A stretch of 15,807 nt of DNA, taken from contig CAYHBD010000046.1 of assembly GCA_964354805.1 (NCBI GenBank), positions 1 through 15,807 of the forward strand. Direction: 5' to 3'. This stretch comes from an uncultured archaeon. GTDB taxonomy: Archaea > Iainarchaeota > Iainarchaeia > Iainarchaeales > GCA-2688035. Positions 15,794 through 15,807 of this stretch are shown here, in pieces. The translations under genes and the position numbers were made by a program. The notes under the pieces were generated by a model, which was not told the origin of the DNA, did not search any database, and saw only the letters and a list, made by a program, of their open reading frames with translations. Position 1 is the stretch's first letter. Each line of letters starts with the position of its first letter.

Positions 15794-15805
15794 TTTTTTT
15801 CTCTT
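15794..15805 (+). terminator. Pyrimidine/oligo-T tract, putative terminator after rmlD
   Basis: TTTTTTTCTCTT starting 19 nt after the rmlD stop. Confidence 0.4.
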
Positions 15806-15807
15806 AA

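Noticed and set aside
1-15807. CRISPR array, tRNA/rRNA, IS element or integrase
   Set aside because: By eye there are no periodic repeats, no cloverleaf or rRNA-like segments and no transposase or recombinase motifs, and the intergenic gaps are short.

Overview
Archaeal surface-glycan biosynthesis locus, judged from GGTGA/GGAGG Shine-Dalgarno sites and TATA-like boxes; a DPANN-type host is my inference. The dTDP-L-rhamnose pathway is split: rmlB and rmlA point left at the left end, rmlC and rmlD point right at the right end. Between them lie two tailoring blocks. (i) An acyl-tailoring set: CE4-type deacetylase, AAC(3)-family acyltransferase, PhaB/FabG-like reductase, MaoC dehydratase and FkbH-like glyceryl transferase, with no ACP in the window. 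(ii) A SPASM/twitch radical SAM, cobalamin-binding radical SAM, extended-SDR epimerase and GT2 operon, followed by a GT4. Two observations stand out. First, a 703-bp integrase-less unit (PIN nuclease plus an unannotated convergent 36-aa ORF with its own TATA box) is bounded by a 52-bp duplication of the rmlB 3' end; each copy supplies the RBS for the gene that follows. Second, the FkbH + dehydratase + ketoreductase trio, known from polyketide lactyl starter units, sits beside a deacetylase and an atypical acyltransferase, suggesting glycan de-N-acetylation followed by re-acylation with lactyl or glyceryl groups. No rRNA, tRNA, CRISPR array, transposase or integrase was seen.
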